DNA from: Eukaryota sp. TZLM1-RC
Lineage: Eukaryota > Protista > Metamonada: BaSk clade
NCBI GenBank assembly: GCA_040285825.1
Contig: JAUPSS010000003.1
Location: forward strand, 682,001-746,000
Length of the DNA stretch: 64,000 nucleotides
Direction: 5' to 3'
Shown in pieces: positions 12,110 through 23,845 of the stretch (its first letter is position 1; every line of letters begins with the position of its first letter). The notes under the pieces are model-generated. The model was not told where the DNA came from. It saw only the letters and a program-made list of their open reading frames with translations, and did no database searches. The position numbers were made by a program, and so were the translations under genes.

Positions 12110-12772
12110 CTACTTACATTTCGTAACAACGTCAAACAATGGTGAACTCGCTTCAAGAGCTACATGTTTACCCAATTCAACACAATCTTCCCCTTCACAG
12201 TATTCAAGCACAAAACCCTTAGCAAAACACCAGCTCTTCTCATCCTTTCTATATACTGTGCACGTGTTACTTCCAATCTCCTTCTTTGTCTTAGTCTTTT
12301 TGTAATCATTTCGAAGTACTAAAGGGTCAATAAAATCAGAGCATTTCTTCTTTTCCTCATGACACTGATGCTGCTTTTCCCCATGAGAGGTTCTATTGAG
12401 AAGAACACGTTCGTGATCCTTTTTACAACTAACTTGTGCTAACCACTCAAGACCATTGTCATCCTTGTATGACCCAGAAAGGTCATAAATGTTGTTCTCT
12501 AGATCAAACACTACATTGTAAAATCTAAAACCTTCTGCAGTGCGATCTGACATTGCTGTTTGAGCCATGAATTGAACACGTAGGCCCTTGAGAGGTGGAG
12601 TTTGAAAAATCAGTCCAAACTCCCACAGAACAACAATAACGATAGCAGCAGCAAACAGACCAACAGCGATGAGGACGGAGGGTTTAAGAGAAACAGATTT
12701 TTTGACGGGAAAGACGTCATGTTCTCCCTCGAGGATAAGGTAGTCACCATCATTGATTGAAGAGGTTGTCAT
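12110..12772 (-). CDS. hypothetical type II membrane protein with Cys-containing lumenal domain
   Basis: Intact 220-aa ORF with one TM near the N-terminus; family not recognised. Confidence 0.7.
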   Translation of the reverse strand: MTTSSINDGDYLILEGEHDVFPVKKSVSLKPSVLIAVGLFAAAIVIVVLWEFGLIFQTPPLKGLRVQFMAQTAMSDRTAEGFRFYNVVFDLENNIYDLSGSYKDDNGLEWLAQVSCKKDHERVLLNRTSHGEKQHQCHEEKKKCSDFIDPLVLRNDYKKTKTKKEIGSNTCTVYRKDEKSWCFAKGFVLEYCEGEDCVELGKHVALEASSPLFDVVTKCK

Positions 12773-12831
12773 CGTTACAGAAGAGGATTAGATTGTTTAG
12801 TGGGGAATGTTTGGAAAAGTTTACACTTTAT

Positions 12832-13465
12832 CAATGTTAGAATTCCGAACGTTCGGCCGATCGTACGCCGAACTAGTTTAGTTCGGCCGAACTAGTTTTT
12901 GTTCATTTACACGTGTCAACACAGTTTTGTTCAAATGATGTTTTCCCAAATCCCTCTTTCAACTACTACAATAGATTTCATTGTTTAAAAATCTGTATTC
13001 ATACATAAATCCCCTTCTTTACATCAACTTTCTTCAATGCCAAAGCGCCCTGTTTACAAACTTCTGGACAACGTTAATTACGATAAAGTGTCCAAAAATA
13101 TTACTTCACAGTGCCGCTGCTGCAGTAAAATGCTAAAAGGTTCAGCCCATCGCTTTTCCTCCCATTTCATTAAGGAGTATAGAGCTGGATATGCTTTATG
13201 TACTCAATTATCCACCATTTCTGTCAAGGATATAAACACTGTCCCAGGTTAATGACCTAGATTTAGATGTTGTAGAACTTTCTGAATAAAAGTTTACTTT
13301 GTTGGTTGATAGTCAGTATAATAGTATAAGGAAGGAGGAGATAAACAGAGTTTTGATATTAATGAATCAAAACGAGATGCCGAACTAACCGAACGTATCA
13401 GTAGGTGCCGAACGTACGCCGAACTAGTTTAGTTCGGCCGAACTAGTTCAGTAATTCTAACATTG
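12832..13465 (+). mobile_element. non-autonomous hAT DNA transposon (634 bp)
   Basis: 13-bp TIR CAATGTTAGAATT/AATTCTAACATTG and 8-bp TSD CACTTTAT (12824-12831, 13466-13473). It has subterminal CCGAAC repeats and a BED-finger-like remnant ORF at 13037-13252 (CRCC..H). Confidence 0.92.
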
Positions 13466-14329
13466 CACTTTATTATAGTGCTTGAACACATCACATGCTG
13501 GAACACTGGTACAAAACACATTCGAACATGCGTGCAAAAAACGTTTTTATAACAGATCAACACTTATGCTGTTTTTTGTACGCATATACGTTTTTCTGTT
13601 ACTTTTAAGTTTTTGTTGTTTACCTAACAACATCAAATCAGTCTAATTCATTCTTTGTCTGTTTCCTCAACATAGTTCACCAATACATCAGGTCAGACTC
13701 ACATAATTTATAAAACAGCACTCCAAACTGTAAACATGATTCTCGTGATGATAGGGATCTAAAAAAAGTTATTCAATCTATCTGTCAATGAGAGCCTGTC
13801 TTGTTGGGACAATTTTTGGAATTGTGGAAAGTAAAAAAAATCGTGTTTAAGTGTGCGGTGTTTAGTACGTGTTGAACACCGTGCCTTTGGTAAATGAACA
13901 CGTGTTTTTGTGCACATTGCTCTTAACCAAATCAAAGACTCAAAAGCCCCCCTAATTTATTGCTGAGGGGCTTCTATTTAATAGACTTTTACCTCAATGG
14001 ATAGCAATTCACATTTATTAAAATTAATGTACTTTTAATCAAACATGCAGCATCTCCATCTAAAGTCACTCTTTTTCTGCATCAGTAACTTGCTCGCTCA
14101 AGAATCTTATTTTATCTTAACTCTTGTCCAAATCTTTCTTCGAGTTCCTTAACAAGTTTGAGCTTGAAATTAACAGCAAAGGATGATTGTGACATTCTGA
14201 AAAAATAAATTTTAAATAATTTAACAATAATTAATTTAATTGTGAGCCTTTCCATTTATTTTCTGTAGAACTTAATTACTGATTGAGTTTTTTCTTTGAG
14301 GAATTTGATTTATTTCAATGAAAAACTAA

Positions 14330-15810
14330 ACAACACAAACTAAAATTCTAAAACTTCATACCCCAAATCAGCCAAAAAGTATTGACTGGTAGTTTTTCCT
14401 TCATAAAAACGACCACAAAACAATAAAGCAGTAGATAATAAGGGGACAACACCTTTAGAAATTGAAAATACAATTCTGTTCTGCCAAAACATTTTATCAA
14501 AAATTCTTCCTATACGTTTGTTTCACAATTTCAACAAAATCATTCAAGAAAGATAAAGCAATAGGTCCAAGCGTTTCATGTAGGGAAAAAGCAAATGGAC
14601 AAAGGACATAATGAGTATACGATTCAGCATTCAATAGCAACTTTGCTGTTCACTTTTTTTGAAACACCAATGCTTCTTTATCTATTTCTCTGTGGTTGCC
14701 AGAGGTACTCTCAAGTTCTGGGACATTTTGCCACATTGTTGTGAACTCATGCTATTTGCACTAACTAGATTTTTTTGCTATTAGACATTTAATTTTTGCA
14801 TTGGTAGATCATACTGAAAACTAGAATTGCACATTAGCAAAACCATTACTTTTAAAAATTTTAAAACTTTCCCAATACCTCTATTACGAAAAACCCCAAT
14901 CAATTCCATTGATTCATTAAAGTTAGTCGTAATTCTGTGTAAAGTGTATTTCCAACACCAACTGCTGGAATTCCAAATTCCAGAATTAGAAGAAAAATTA
15001 TTCCGGAAACAGACACATTGTAAAACAAAACAACAAACCTTAATTAAGGTTTTTTTCTACTCAAACCCCATCAATCAATTTTGTTTTTGAATTTTGCAAC
15101 CGTTTTCCTCATGATGTTAATTTATTGAATTCTACAAGTAATAATTATTTAAGAGACCTTGCAAAATGCTTTTGATTGTTATATTTATCAAGTTTAGTGT
15201 TTTCCGCAACAGACAGAAAATTCTTGTATTTTGACTTCGCTAACGGCATTAAAGAATTATTACACACATCAGTGGATCTCACATCAGTAATAATGGTGGT
15301 CCCATCAAGTCCTTCATGCATTATATCACCTCTGTTACGACCAAAAGAATTCAAAGTGTCCTCATCAACCAAACGAAAGAGTAATAATTGTAAAAAAGAA
15401 ACAATTCTGTGTGAATCTTACATACAATAGACTTGATCCCTAACTGCATCATGAACTTTTGATCGGAAAGTAATGAAGTGTTTACAACTAAAAATATCAA
15501 GATTTTGTAGAGGAAATCTTGGTTCAATGAATTTCGTCCCATTAGTGTTGAGTTAATTTAATTAAGTGTGCATGTTCAATAAATATAGATATCATTAAAC
15601 AGATGACTTGGAGAAATTGTTGAACCACGTTTACTAATCAAATTATGAGGCACGTTGACAGGCCAAATGAAACATCGGAGGCGCATTGTGCAAGAAAATT
15701 CAGTATCATTTAAAAGAAGACCATAAATTTGAAGAGTATCAGTAATTGAACACGAAGAGGAACTGTTTTGGGCATCTGACTAATTGAGTAACTCAATTGA
15801 ATTAGGAGGC
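14330..15810 (-). mobile_element. RLE non-LTR retrotransposon 3' region interrupted by a ~530-bp mosaic insert (14651-15176)
   Basis: GRNRGDI..TDV..KLDKYN and YVLCPFAFSLH/WQNRIVF are homologous to 37440-38200. Region 14580-15180 is repeated at 36606-37198. Confidence 0.8.
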
Positions 15811-16152
15811 TTCCATTGCGGTGGATTCTATACAAGCCCCTATTGATATTCATTGATATGGCTTTAATTTGGTGATTTAGATAATTTGAGTCCAAAACAA
15901 TTCCATAATGTAATACTTTTCAAAATTAAACATATTCAACTTTACTCCAAATACCAAACAGCAGTAGAGATTGAAATGAAAATTGTAAGATGTTAGTAGG
16001 TGTTGCTTTTAAGCAGGCTCTTCGTTGAAAATTCAGATTAAAAATGTTCACGTCACAATTAATTAATAAATCGCTGTTAAAATACAAAAAAGGCAGTGTT
16101 GTTAATGGAAAACGAAATTTAAAAGAAACTCAAAGATTTACATAAAGAATAA

Positions 16153-17478
16153 CTACAAAGTCTCCCTGACAAATTCTTCAAACAGTTTTTCCTGTATGCT
16201 AGATACTTCCTCTAATCTCTTTTCTATTGCAATCAACTCCTCACTTGCTCTCTTGTCCAAAACAGGTGCTTTTTTTACCATGAACTTAGGCAACAGAAAA
16301 GCCAAAATCAAGACAAGAGACCATAAAAAAGCTAAAAACTTCCTTCCAAAAGAAGATTCAACAAGGAAATCTCCTATACGTTTAACAACAGAAGAAAAAG
16401 GGGACAAAATTCGGGGAATATTAAAAAATCTGAACTTGAACAAAACAAACTCTCCTCTTGGATTAATGCAACTAAACATAATAGAAACAAAAAATAAGAA
16501 AACTAATGGTAACTTGTACATAAAACCCTTCAAGGTACCCCTTCTGTTGAGCTTTCTGTATCTATCGTCAGCATTTCTTTTCTTTACTATTGTTTCTTTT
16601 ATGCAACCTATGTCTGATTCTAAGCTATTCAAAGAACCTTGTACTCTTTGATTAAGGGTAGAATTTATGAGTTTCACCAGCGAATCCAGTTGATTGAGCC
16701 TACTATCACAATTGGAGCTCTCAGAAGGCAAACAGATAGGTTCAACTGAAAGGTCCTTTAAAAATGGTAATTCCTTGGCTAATACTTGGCTTGTTTGAAG
16801 TAGGACCCGTTGCAGATCCATTTGATCATGAACAGTATCAATCTTGGTTAAAAAGAAATGTATCCTCGCAGGATGAGTAGAGGCTACCCTCTTAATGACT
16901 TCCATTGCTCGAGGTCCTGTGCTCTTTTGAATTGGGTCGAACAACACAAAAATAAGGTCAGCTACTTTGGCTAAATGGTCAATGGCAAGGTCCATATTAA
17001 AGGAAAAAGAGAGAGAGTCTACCATTCCTGCTGTATCAAATATATTAAGAAGATTAAAATACCCAGTACCCGGTGTTACTTCAGTGGTTATATGGTCAAG
17101 GACAACAGGGTCTTCTTTAACTAAGTCCTTGAGAAAAGGAAATAGGTGGAGTGACATCTTCCCGGTGATTGTGTCTCTCCGTTTCCCAGCAGTTATGCAG
17201 TTCAAGCCAGTTGTACAAATGGCACTCCCAGTCTTTTGTACATGGGAACCTGCAATGTAATTAGCAAGGGACGACTTGCCTGAAGAATGGGGTCCAATAA
17301 GAAGAATATTTAGTTTTGGACGTGGAGGTTCCAGTGGTTTCATATCCAAAGTGGATGCAATATTCGAGAGTCCAAAGTCACCTGCATACAGTTCAGAAGT
17401 AGTGGATAAGATTCTCTCTTTGAGGTTTTTGAAAGCTGCCTCGTTGACTTTAAATGAGGATGGACGTTCTTTAGGCAT
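16153..17478 (-). CDS. dynamin-superfamily (EHD/sarcalumenin-like) P-loop protein with two C-terminal TM segments
   Basis: G1 GPHSSGKSS, G3 DTAG, G4 TKID, plus two hydrophobic segments. Confidence 0.8.
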   Translation of the reverse strand: MPKERPSSFKVNEAAFKNLKERILSTTSELYAGDFGLSNIASTLDMKPLEPPRPKLNILLIGPHSSGKSSLANYIAGSHVQKTGSAICTTGLNCITAGKRRDTITGKMSLHLFPFLKDLVKEDPVVLDHITTEVTPGTGYFNLLNIFDTAGMVDSLSFSFNMDLAIDHLAKVADLIFVLFDPIQKSTGPRAMEVIKRVASTHPARIHFFLTKIDTVHDQMDLQRVLLQTSQVLAKELPFLKDLSVEPICLPSESSNCDSRLNQLDSLVKLINSTLNQRVQGSLNSLESDIGCIKETIVKKRNADDRYRKLNRRGTLKGFMYKLPLVFLFFVSIMFSCINPRGEFVLFKFRFFNIPRILSPFSSVVKRIGDFLVESSFGRKFLAFLWSLVLILAFLLPKFMVKKAPVLDKRASEELIAIEKRLEEVSSIQEKLFEEFVRETL

Positions 17479-17599
17479 AAGCTAGCAGCACAGAAATGTC
17501 AAATAGTAGTAACCCGTTGGAGGATATAGATGAAATTAATTTGAGAATTTCACACAGAGTGAATATTGAATAAATATCCCTAATAAATGTATAAACTTC

Positions 17600-19600
17600 T
17601 CAGCACCAAGGGTTAGTATACACTAAACACCTTGGAAATACGTTCATTAAAACAGCTACTGCTGTCTCCTTAGACGTCTCACACGCCTTGGCCTTCTGAA
17701 TGGTTCTGGCCTAGTACCAGTGAAATACTCACTAATTGCAATCTCCAGCTGGTTTTTGGAGACTGACATGTCCCTAGACCAGTTGGTCTGACATCGAGGG
17801 CAATCGAAAGTAGCGTTATTTACCCTTCCGTCATAATGATAGATCTTTCTATGAAAGACCTTACAGCAATTCACTTTTGCTGAGGTCATAAACTCGTCCC
17901 CGACTTTGAGGCTTTCAAAGTGTTTTTTGATTTGTTTGAGAAATCTCTTTCGGGGGGATTTCACAGATTGACGAGATGGACCATCACCGCCATTGCCGAA
18001 CCAAACTATAGTGTTTCTTCCTTCAGACAAGCGTTTAATTTTGTTAATAAAACTAGTTATTCTCTTTTGCCTTTGTAGGAAGAAATCAAACTTATTTCTT
18101 TAAGTTTTTTTCTTGCACCACGCTGCAAATTTCCAGACATAATTGAGGAATATTCAGGCTCTTCCTCAGATTCAGAAACATAAGGTAAACTTATTTCAAT
18201 CAGATACTCTTGGAAGCTCTGAGCGGAATAAGTGTTAGGAGTTGCTTGAGTGAGAGGAGGAGGGTGATTTAGTCTTCGTTCTTTTGGACTCCGTAGCAGT
18301 CCAGAACGTTCAAATACAGGTGCAGAATTTCGGAAAGAACCAGCAGTCCAACCACAAAGATTGCTGTGGTTGGGATCAATGGCTACAACAAACAAATTTT
18401 CCTCAGGATCTCTGTAATTGGGCTGTTGTTCCAATGGTAACCGCGGTCTTCTCTGTGGATTTGCTGTTCTATGGACATTGGATTTTCGTTTCCTTTCACA
18501 GTTATGAAAATCATAATTTCAAGAGGCTCGCCTGGACTCAAATTCCGCTTTACTTGGCCTATTATAAGTTTTTCTTTCCTTCCGGGTAAACGTAAACCGC
18601 AAGGAATCACCATTTGAATAAATGGTATAGTTAATAACTTTGGATTTATTAAAAAACCGATAAGGGTTGTTCAGAAGCTCTTTGTTTGCATTTAGTTTTG
18701 TGAAATAAGCTTCTGCTTCTTTAGTCAAGGTGCAGAAGCATGGAGACCAACTGGACAGTGGAGAGAGCGTGCCTTTTCATCACATCAGGGCAGTTATTTT
18801 TTAAAATGGATGAAATGTTCAAGCCAGATTGAACGATTGTTGCCGCAGACTCCATATTGATGGTAAATCGTTCGTTCCTTATTGAATTTTCGAACAAATT
18901 TTCACCACCACCAATATAGGCGTTGGCTGTTATAATGAGCCAATGGACCAAGATATGCTGGTGTATTTCTTGATACCATTGTAGAATTGACTCATCTGGC
19001 TGAATCTCTTGAAGTACACAGTCGGCGTACTTCTTGGGCCAAGGGCAACTTAGAAACTGAGCACAGCTCTTGAAAAGATTGCGTTTCCAGACAACAGGGC
19101 CGTCATCAAGCAACTGACAAAAGGCTTCTCGCAGTTGGATGGTCGACTGCCAAGAAGAGTGGAAAGACACCAAAATCTACCACCGTCGGCTGAGGTGGTT
19201 TCATTCAGCGGTCGCTAGGGCCAAACGCGCTGAACAAGGTGTTGCAGCGCTTGGTAAACCAAAGAATGGTTCTCAAATGGCCTCCTTTGTTTAGGCTCAC
19301 TTTGGCAAACAAAGTCGAAACAGAGGCTCCAGAACTGGCTTTGAGTAAGCCACATAGAGTGGTCTGGGTATTGCAACACAAAGAGTCGTGCTAGGTGAGT
19401 AGCATGAGCTCCAATACTAGCAAGAACTTGGAACTGGCGTTCCATAGCTTCTTGTGCCTCTGAGTCGAAAAACTGGTTGACACACGCTCCCACAGTTGTA
19501 CTTTGTAGAACGTTATCCAAGGCAGTCAACACAGTACGGAAACAGTCAGAAATGATTGAAAATTTGTTGAAGTCAATCAATCTTATAGTTGTCAATTCAA
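17600..19600 (-). mobile_element. near full-length Fanzor1 pseudogene (locus C, about 640 codons in six ORF pieces) with 3' hairpin
   Basis: RuvC-I VAIDPN, VWFGNG, RuvC-II GDEFMTS, Zn NCC..CPRC, RuvC-III WSRDMSVSKN, terminal GTRPEPFRR. Hairpin at 17606-17635. Confidence 0.85.
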
Positions 19601-19854
19601 AGTAAAGTTAGTTACAAGTTATTATCATTGATACATATCGTTCAAGATTACTTTTTGAATATTTTCCTTTCTTCAGACAAGAACTACATGTTACAAAAGT
19701 TGGTGAGTGGAGTTTGGTTGGGTTGTCATCATTTCCCAGATTCGTAATTGAATTTCATTTCATCACTTACAACATTTCATCACTTACTCTACTACGAACC
19801 TTCTCCCTACAAATAACACTATGATCACGCCTTCTGACACCACAAATCTCAACT

Positions 19855-20180
19855 ATGTCGGCCGTTGGGTCGGAGATTTTCAAACACAAGTACTACTATA
19901 GATTACGTCAGACTGGTAAAACCAAGGAAGAGATAGAATCCTTGCTTGCAGCTACTACCACTCTTTATGTCGGAAATCTTTCTTTTTACACATCAGAGGA
20001 GCAGATTCATGCTCTTTTCTCTCTTGCTGGTGGTATCAAACGCATCAATATGGGACTCAACAAGAAATCACTCAAATTATGCGGTTTTTGCCTCGTTGAA
20101 TACTATAGCCGTGCATCGACTGAGATGGCCATGAGGTATATCAACAGAACAATACCAGATGAAAGGGAAATCCTGATTGT
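19855..20180 (+). pseudogene. NCBP2: 3'-truncated nuclear cap-binding protein CBP20
   Basis: TTLYVGNLSFYTSEEQI and CGFCLVEYY..AMRYIN are present. Similarity stops before the conserved DWD..GRQYGRG C-terminal part. Confidence 0.8.
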
Positions 20181-20384
20181 TCGATTGAAAATCATCAAAG
20201 CATGTTTGATGATTCTGACACAATGCAGCTTTAAGACTTTCACCTGTGTGGTAACCAGTCAAAATAATGAACAAATTTCTATTTTCTCACTTCTACTTCA
20301 ATCAGTCACAATGATGTCATAACATTATCTCCATTCATACTGTAATATGTCACAGACCACATGTTTAAGGTTCAAGATGTGTAT

Positions 20385-20515
20385 ATTTTTTTTAATTTTT
20401 TTATTAAAACCCTATAGATCAACATCTAAAAAATCCATCTCTTCCAAAACAAAAACACTAGCTCCAACTTCTTCATAGTCAGATCCAAAAGAAAGCAAAG
20501 CATCAGAATTGATGC
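20385..20515 (-). mobile_element. short 3' tip of an RLE non-LTR element
   Basis: The reverse complement resembles 45320-45440 (GAGATGGATTTTTAGATGTTGAT..AATAAA, A-rich tail). Confidence 0.65.
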
Positions 20516-21269
20516 GGCGAGCAGAAAGAGACATAACCAAAGGTTGGGCAATGGAATTATTTCCACAATAGCATATTGTTTGAAGCATATTGTTTGGGGG
20601 AGTTGTGTTGGGGAAGTTGTGGGGGGAAACTGAAATTTTGAATGTTTGGGGGAATTGTATTCAACATAAAAATCAACCACAAATCAAGATTTCAAAACGT
20701 GAAGTCTTTCATTTCATACTGATCCACAACATGAATCATATTAAGAACAGCATTGACATTACGATTCCATAGACATCCATGAATTTTAATTTTAATTGTG
20801 ATTTAAATGTATGTTTGAGGACCTTAAGATCCTCGCTCTATAGCAAACAAATCCCGATTCCAATTGTACCTCACCAATCTGTTCCCACATGACAAATGCA
20901 CCTCTCAACTGACAACAAAGCTGAACACAACCTCACACCCCTCCAAGTTAATATCAACTTAAACCTCTGCAGAGCAGGAAAAAAATTTCACTCAACCAAA
21001 GTGTTGTTCACTATCCAGGACATCTCAGTGGTGAGTGCAATATCTGACTTATTTGTCAATTATTATTACGACACAATGCAACAACACAACTCACCATTTC
21101 AGCCAAGAGGCCGAAAATAGAATGAGTTTCACATAATGAGAAGTAGAGATTAAATGTAAATAATATTTTCAAGTTAAATCATATCGAAAAAAAGTTAATC
21201 AAGTTAATCGAAAATCATAGAAATAAATAGAAATAAATAGAAATATCAGAAGCTTGATGAATTGCATTC

Positions 21270-22345
21270 TGAAATTTTGACACAATTTATGAGTAGAATG
21301 CTCCAGATCCCTAATCACGCTTATGTTAGTCCACAGTATGGTAGTTTAGGCTGGACAAAATTCCCAATTAAAACCTCGTGTTCTTTTATTGGTGGATTTA
21401 GAAATGCTATTTTTGAGCTTTGAGAAAGATAGATTGAAAAGATTTATTAGTGACAACCCACAGTTCAACTATTTTTGCATTAAATGAAGAAATTTTCAAT
21501 TTTGAAAATTTAATAAAAAAAATATAAATGTAATAGCAGAAAAAAGTTTAAATCTTCCATAATCACTCAGTGGAAATGTTTCTGAAAAAATTATTTGAAT
21601 TTAAATTACACGCTTCGCACCTTACAACAACAAATGGCCAAAATGTATGATGATGACCTTTTTACAATTATGTGCAGGTCGGTTATCATGATCAGGGTTT
21701 TGTTATTAGTATTTAAAAAAGGTGTATGTGACAATAAGTCATCAGATTCATCACTATTTGAGATCACTGTACCACGAACGTTTGGGCTAGGTGCTAATGA
21801 TGAAGCTTTGTAGCAAAAATGAGATTATATCTGAATATTCCACTTGACCAACTTCAATTGAAAAACCTGCATTTATTCCAAGTCACCTCAGCTCACTTTG
21901 CGACATGCAATGAATTGTCCCAAATTTATCACTTATCGTTCTTCATGACAAGGATCTGTCAGTGACACTGTTTTCAATATGGCACAAACTGCAAGAATAT
22001 CGTGTATCAAAGAGCCTCTGCTAAAGGAAACACTGTCTCTAAATGATTTTGGTTCTGATGATAGAGGTGATGTATACTGTGATTGGATTGACAACTCGGA
22101 AGCTATTGTTGACTTTGTCTCATGTAATGTTGCAAATGACACTTTGGTTCACAGACGAAAACTTAATCCTGTAAGTGCTCTTGAAGTTAAAGCAAAAGAA
22201 AAAAACAGAAAATATGACAAAGATATCGAAGAAGCTAATGCTGATAGAAATAGATCACTTGCTGTTATTACATTTCCATTTGCTATAAACGGAAGACTAT
22301 CAGTAGAAGCAGGAACTTATTTCAATGATTTCCAAAAAATATAGT
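21270..22345 (+). mobile_element. decayed RLE non-LTR retrotransposon fragment
   Basis: HDRIC, EPLL, DRGDVYCD..VD, KEKNRKY and FPFAINGRL motifs. Confidence 0.75.
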
Positions 22346-22349
22346 ATAT

Positions 22350-23637
22350 AGGTAATATGCTTAACGACATGACCGGAGGCCTTTCAAACACTCATATTGA
22401 AGTAAACTCTGGTGAAAGAGGACTGCCTCATGCTAACTCTCAGGTTAGTGTCGATTCTCAGAATGTTGGACAAGCTGCAGGCAATATGCTTGGATCTATG
22501 ATGTCCGCCGCAGCCAATGCGGTACCAAATGTTCACGTTGAAGCTAACTTTGGAACACAAGATCATAATGCTCCTGAAATGTCAACCAGTGGCGAGATGA
22601 ATTTCGGTGGGGAAAACTTTGATGTTGATTTTTCGGGGTCTACCACTACTAATGTAAGTTATGAATCTCTTAGTTCAAAGACTGTTAATGGACAAGTTGT
22701 AGAAGAAAGCCATACTTCTTATTCAAATTAGATTTTTTGTATTATTTTGCCTTTTCGATTTTTGGCAACATTGGACAATCCGCCTTGAATTTCATCAATG
22801 ATTTTGGTAATTTATGTCGTTCAAGTGGTAAGAATTTTGCAGAGAATTTATGGAAAAATCGTATCATTTTCGCTTTGTACAGAAGTGTTCCGAAGTACTT
22901 AAGTTTAATGATGTCTAAACTTTATAAGGATTCATCAAGAGTTGGCGTGGAGAATTTAGTTTCTTATGTGTTTTAGTTTGTTTTGTTTTTATTTGATTCT
23001 TTATATAAATAAATAAATAAATAAATATTTTGTATTATTTTTATATACTTTGTTTTAGTATTGTTTTTTATGGTTGATCATTGTTCTATTCTACAATTAC
23101 TTGATCAATGTTATAAGATTGTATATACTATGATCTACATGAATAACACTCATTCAATGTATGCAGTTTGCTTTTATTTCTTTCTAAGCATACATCTTTC
23201 CGATCACACTAAATCAATTGTATTTTTTTATTTAGATAAATTCAGTTGGTTCTATATATAAAATACGTTTTATTAATCAAAAGAACAATTTTTCCTATTA
23301 ATGATCAACATGAAATTTTGAGCTTGTAACACTTTTAAGTCACATCCCATGATGTTGCTTTCATTCTACTCCATCAGACAACCATATACTAGATTCACTA
23401 GCAAAAAGATTACGAGCATTTGAGAGCTTCAGATGCTAGTTTTTACAGATGGTTTCCATTGTAGACTTTGCAATCAGGATGCTACTGACTCCTTTAAATG
23501 GTTTGAAGATTATTACTAACCTTACAATAACTCTTGCATCAGGACTTTGTACAACAAATATTGGTTTTGTTTATGACATTAATTGAATCGGTAGATCAGA
23601 ATCATCTGTCGACTTGCGCTTCCAAATATTGTTTTAT
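22350..23637 (+). repeat. inverted duplicate of ~54040-55039 (3' part of the arrestin gene plus downstream DNA), left arm
   Basis: ORF 22357-22731 is nearly identical to the arrestin C-terminus. The flanking non-coding DNA matches the reverse complement of 54040-54660. Confidence 0.95.
22749..23027 (+). mobile_element. 279-bp 5'-truncated RLE non-LTR insertion with (TAAA)n tail and 14-bp TSD
   Basis: TTTTGTATTATTTT at 22735-22748 and 23028-23041; AFSIFGNIG/WKNRIIF coding remnant. The empty site is visible at about 54640-54655. Confidence 0.92.
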
Positions 23638-23716
23638 TGTTGCCTAAAGTCTATTGTAGTAAAGAAAAGTCTGATTTATTTTCTATTCATATTATATAAG
23701 CCTTAGGGCGCCAACA
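23638..23716 (-). repeat. 3' LTR (79 bp)
   Basis: TGTTG...CAACA, identical to 30835-30913; preceded on the - strand by the purine tract AAAAAGGGAAGAAGCAG. Confidence 0.97.
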
Positions 23717-23845
23717 CTGCTTCTTCCCTTTTTCAAAATAAATCAGCTTATATGAATATGAAACTAAAACTATGAACAAATAACTAAATAACTATAATAA
23801 ATACATATAATCGATATACTATAAATAATCGATATAAACTAAGAA

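Noticed and set aside
13943-14190. GC hairpin AAGCCCC..GGGGCTT and a short HTH-like remnant (FAVNFKLKLVKEL) as a Helitron or transposase
   Set aside because: No termini, TSD or catalytic motifs could be supported.
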